Origin: Blasia pusilla | Lineage: Eukaryota | Direction: 5' to 3' | DNA: 64,000 bases | Assembly (NCBI GenBank): GCA_050084515.1 | Contig: CM114271.1 | Span: forward strand, 10,974,001-11,038,000 | Shown here: positions 61,760-64,000 of the stretch, in pieces | Numbering within the stretch: position 1 is the first letter of the stretch | Layout: each line of letters starts with the position of its first letter | Program-made: the position numbers and the translations under genes | The notes under the pieces: model-generated | Seen by the model: only the letters and a program-made list of their open reading frames with translations | Told to the model about the DNA's origin: nothing | Databases searched by the model: none

Positions 61760-64000
61760 CACTGCACATGTGAATCAAAGGGGTAATGAGCTAAGGCGCC
61801 CATCACCTGACTGCCATCCTTGTAAGATACTGACTCTTCCCAGTAGTCCAGGGAAAAACCCATCGGGTATAACACTGCTCCACTAACCAAGACGTCGTAG
61901 GACTCTGCATCAGTCACTATCGCCTTGGCTTGCACCACGGACTCATTTGTAGGATGTCCCGGGCGAATCCTCACCACGACCTCATGTCGGGTGATATACT
62001 GTGTGGTACTCGCTCCACCCAAGGATGTCTGTATCCGGAATGGACAACGCTCCACATCGGCTCTCGTCAAGCCGAATCCTCTGAATCACGCTTTCCCCAA
62101 CATCAGGGGTTGCGCTCCTGAATTCAACAAGACGCGTTGCGGACTAAAATCTCTACCTTTGGGACTCACCGACTAGAAGACCTCTCCTCGGTTATCCAGC
62201 AACACCACACCATGAGAGGCCATGGCACGCTCTATCTCGGGTCTAGCGGGCATCTCCGCCATCCTAGCATCCACAGCCTGCCATGAATCTGACGTGGACG
62301 GCCCAAGCATCCGCTCCAAGGGCAGGTCCATCACCTCCTCTGCAATCACCTCTGAACGTGATGCAAGAACTCCAACTCCACTCTCACATAGCATAGCGGC
62401 CAGCCAAAAAGCCTCGGCGTGCAAACCCCCCAACGTCATAACATCGGAAGCAGAAAATAAAGGAGCGCGGTACACAATGGTGGCCGCCCCCAACAACGTG
62501 CTCGACACATGCCCCTATTGAGCATCAACAATAGGAGTCTTTGCACTGGCTTCTTCCATCGCCCTCCGTGCTTGCACACCAACAACATCACCAACTCTCC
62601 AAGAACTATGATCAGGACCCATCGATGGGGTCCTCATCGCCTCGGACAACGTGAAAGAATGAGGAAGCCTAGTCTGTTTCTTGGCTTGCCCTCGCTGTGG
62701 ATTCAACTCTACGGCTGCTCCACGCGTCACAACTGGAGGTGCCTCCATCTAGGCAACCCCGTACATCCAACCAGGATCCTCCATATCTCTGGCTGCTCCA
62801 TATGATGTCGATGCCACAGATTCGGCATCGGGTAATCTCAATGCCATAGCGGCAATCTGCTCTTGTAGCTGATGTATCTGAGCAGCCATCCTAGCCTCAC
62901 GCCCGGCATCTCACTCAAAGCGTCTAGGTGGTAGGACTCTACCTCCTCCACAGGCAGCTCCACCACCATGTCAGGAAACTTCAGCTCCTCGTCCCCCAAC
63001 GGAACCGCATGGTGCACGATCTCTAGGCCCACCCGGACCGGCTACTCGCTCTAGTGCCCTCTCTGGCCCTCAGTCTGGACGTAACTCAGGATGTAGACGG
63101 AAACACCTGGTGTGTGTATGACCATACCTCTGAAAATAGTCACACTGATAACCTCCTGGTATAGCATCATCTCCTCCTCCATGGTAAGGCACACGTCCAT
63201 GACCCTGACGAGTGCAATCGCGCTGATGATGGGCTCCACCACATGACCAACAAGTAATAGTAGGCGGCTGCTGCTAAGCCGCATATGAAGGTGCAGGTCT
63301 TTGTGGCACGGCCTCCTCGTATCCTCCCTGAGCTCATGGTGCCACAATCGACCTATCTCGGAGTCCACGTTGCTGCACAGGTAGTGCAGACAATCGTGAT
63401 TGCTCTTGCTCAGAACCCATGGTGGCTACGCTCTCCTCTACCATGTTGCGCTCAATGTTCTTGGCGGTCCTGAAAATATCTCTCAACGTAGGGGAGCTGT
63501 TCATAAGAAGCACCCCCTCTCGCATCCGTGTTCGCAGGGTCCGGTCCAGCATCGCATACCATGACTGGATAGCGTGAGCCTCTGTCACCCCCTGAGTGAC
63601 GTTGATCAACCGGCACAAGCGAGTGTAAGCCTCATGCAAACTCTCACTCGGGCGCCTCTGGAAGTCGTGGATGCTCCGCAACTTCTCCGTCCGTACCCCC
63701 TGGTAGCTCGTCTTCATCTCAGCAAAGAACTCAACCACAAGGTTGAACCTAGGATGAACCCGACTAGACGGTGCAACTGCTCCCGTGCGAGTGACCCCTC
63801 CTAAAACATCACTAGTGGAAGAGGAAGTTTCCTCTCTTGACTCCTCCTCCTCCTCATCTGGGAATGGCTCCGTCCACGACACATAATATGGGTCATAGTA
63901 GAGCCTCCACACCTCAATCTCACGTGCATATCTCTGAGAAACTCATGGTAATCGTCCATGGACGCCCCTCTAATTGCTGGAATATACCGTTCCATGCTGT
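61760..64000 (-). pseudogene. Gypsy copy B gag and aspartic protease
   Basis: Gag FQRRPSESLHEAYTRL (ORF 63334-63912). CCHC knuckle CWSCGGAHHQRDC near 63215-63255. Protease RVLLNSGAQP (D mutated to N) near 62120 and YDVLVSG. Confidence 0.8.

Larger units (their letters stand above)
46317..64000 (-). mobile_element. DNMT-carrying Ty3/gypsy retrotransposon, copy B (5' end beyond the window; interrupted by MULE 49615-59278)
   Basis: Minus-strand order is gag, protease, C5-MTase, RT, [MULE], RNase H, integrase, PHD, putative 3' LTR. Removing the MULE restores GGLGVQQTKVEAI, as in copy A (GGLGVQKMKVEAI). Confidence 0.9.

Overview
This is plant nuclear DNA (probably a non-seed land plant; the host is an inference), made almost entirely of nested, decayed transposons around one intact host gene. 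That gene is a 19-exon coatomer gamma subunit (31188-37793, minus strand, 891 aa). Ordinary elements are a Ty1/copia (10137-25864) with an Athila-like Ty3/gypsy nested in it (11074-21864), a hAT element (40178-44791), and chromovirus, copia and LTR remnants. Two transposon families carry DNA-methyltransferase domains. (1) A Ty3/gypsy family (two copies) has a DNMT3-like C5-cytosine methyltransferase inside Pol, between protease and RT, and a PHD finger after the integrase. (2) A Mutator-like (MULE) DNA transposon is present as one TSD-bounded copy (49615-59278) plus partial copies. Divergent from its GCM-like/DDE/SWIM transposase it encodes a spliced gene with a ParB/Srx domain (WDGNHR) and a C-terminal beta-class amino-(N4C/N6A)-methyltransferase-like domain. 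Its non-coding DNA carries more than 20 copies of a 27-bp palindrome. Together these form a candidate ParB/parS-like self-recognition and epigenetic marking system. All TE genes are pseudogenised and were reconstructed by eye across stops and frameshifts; no database searches were run.
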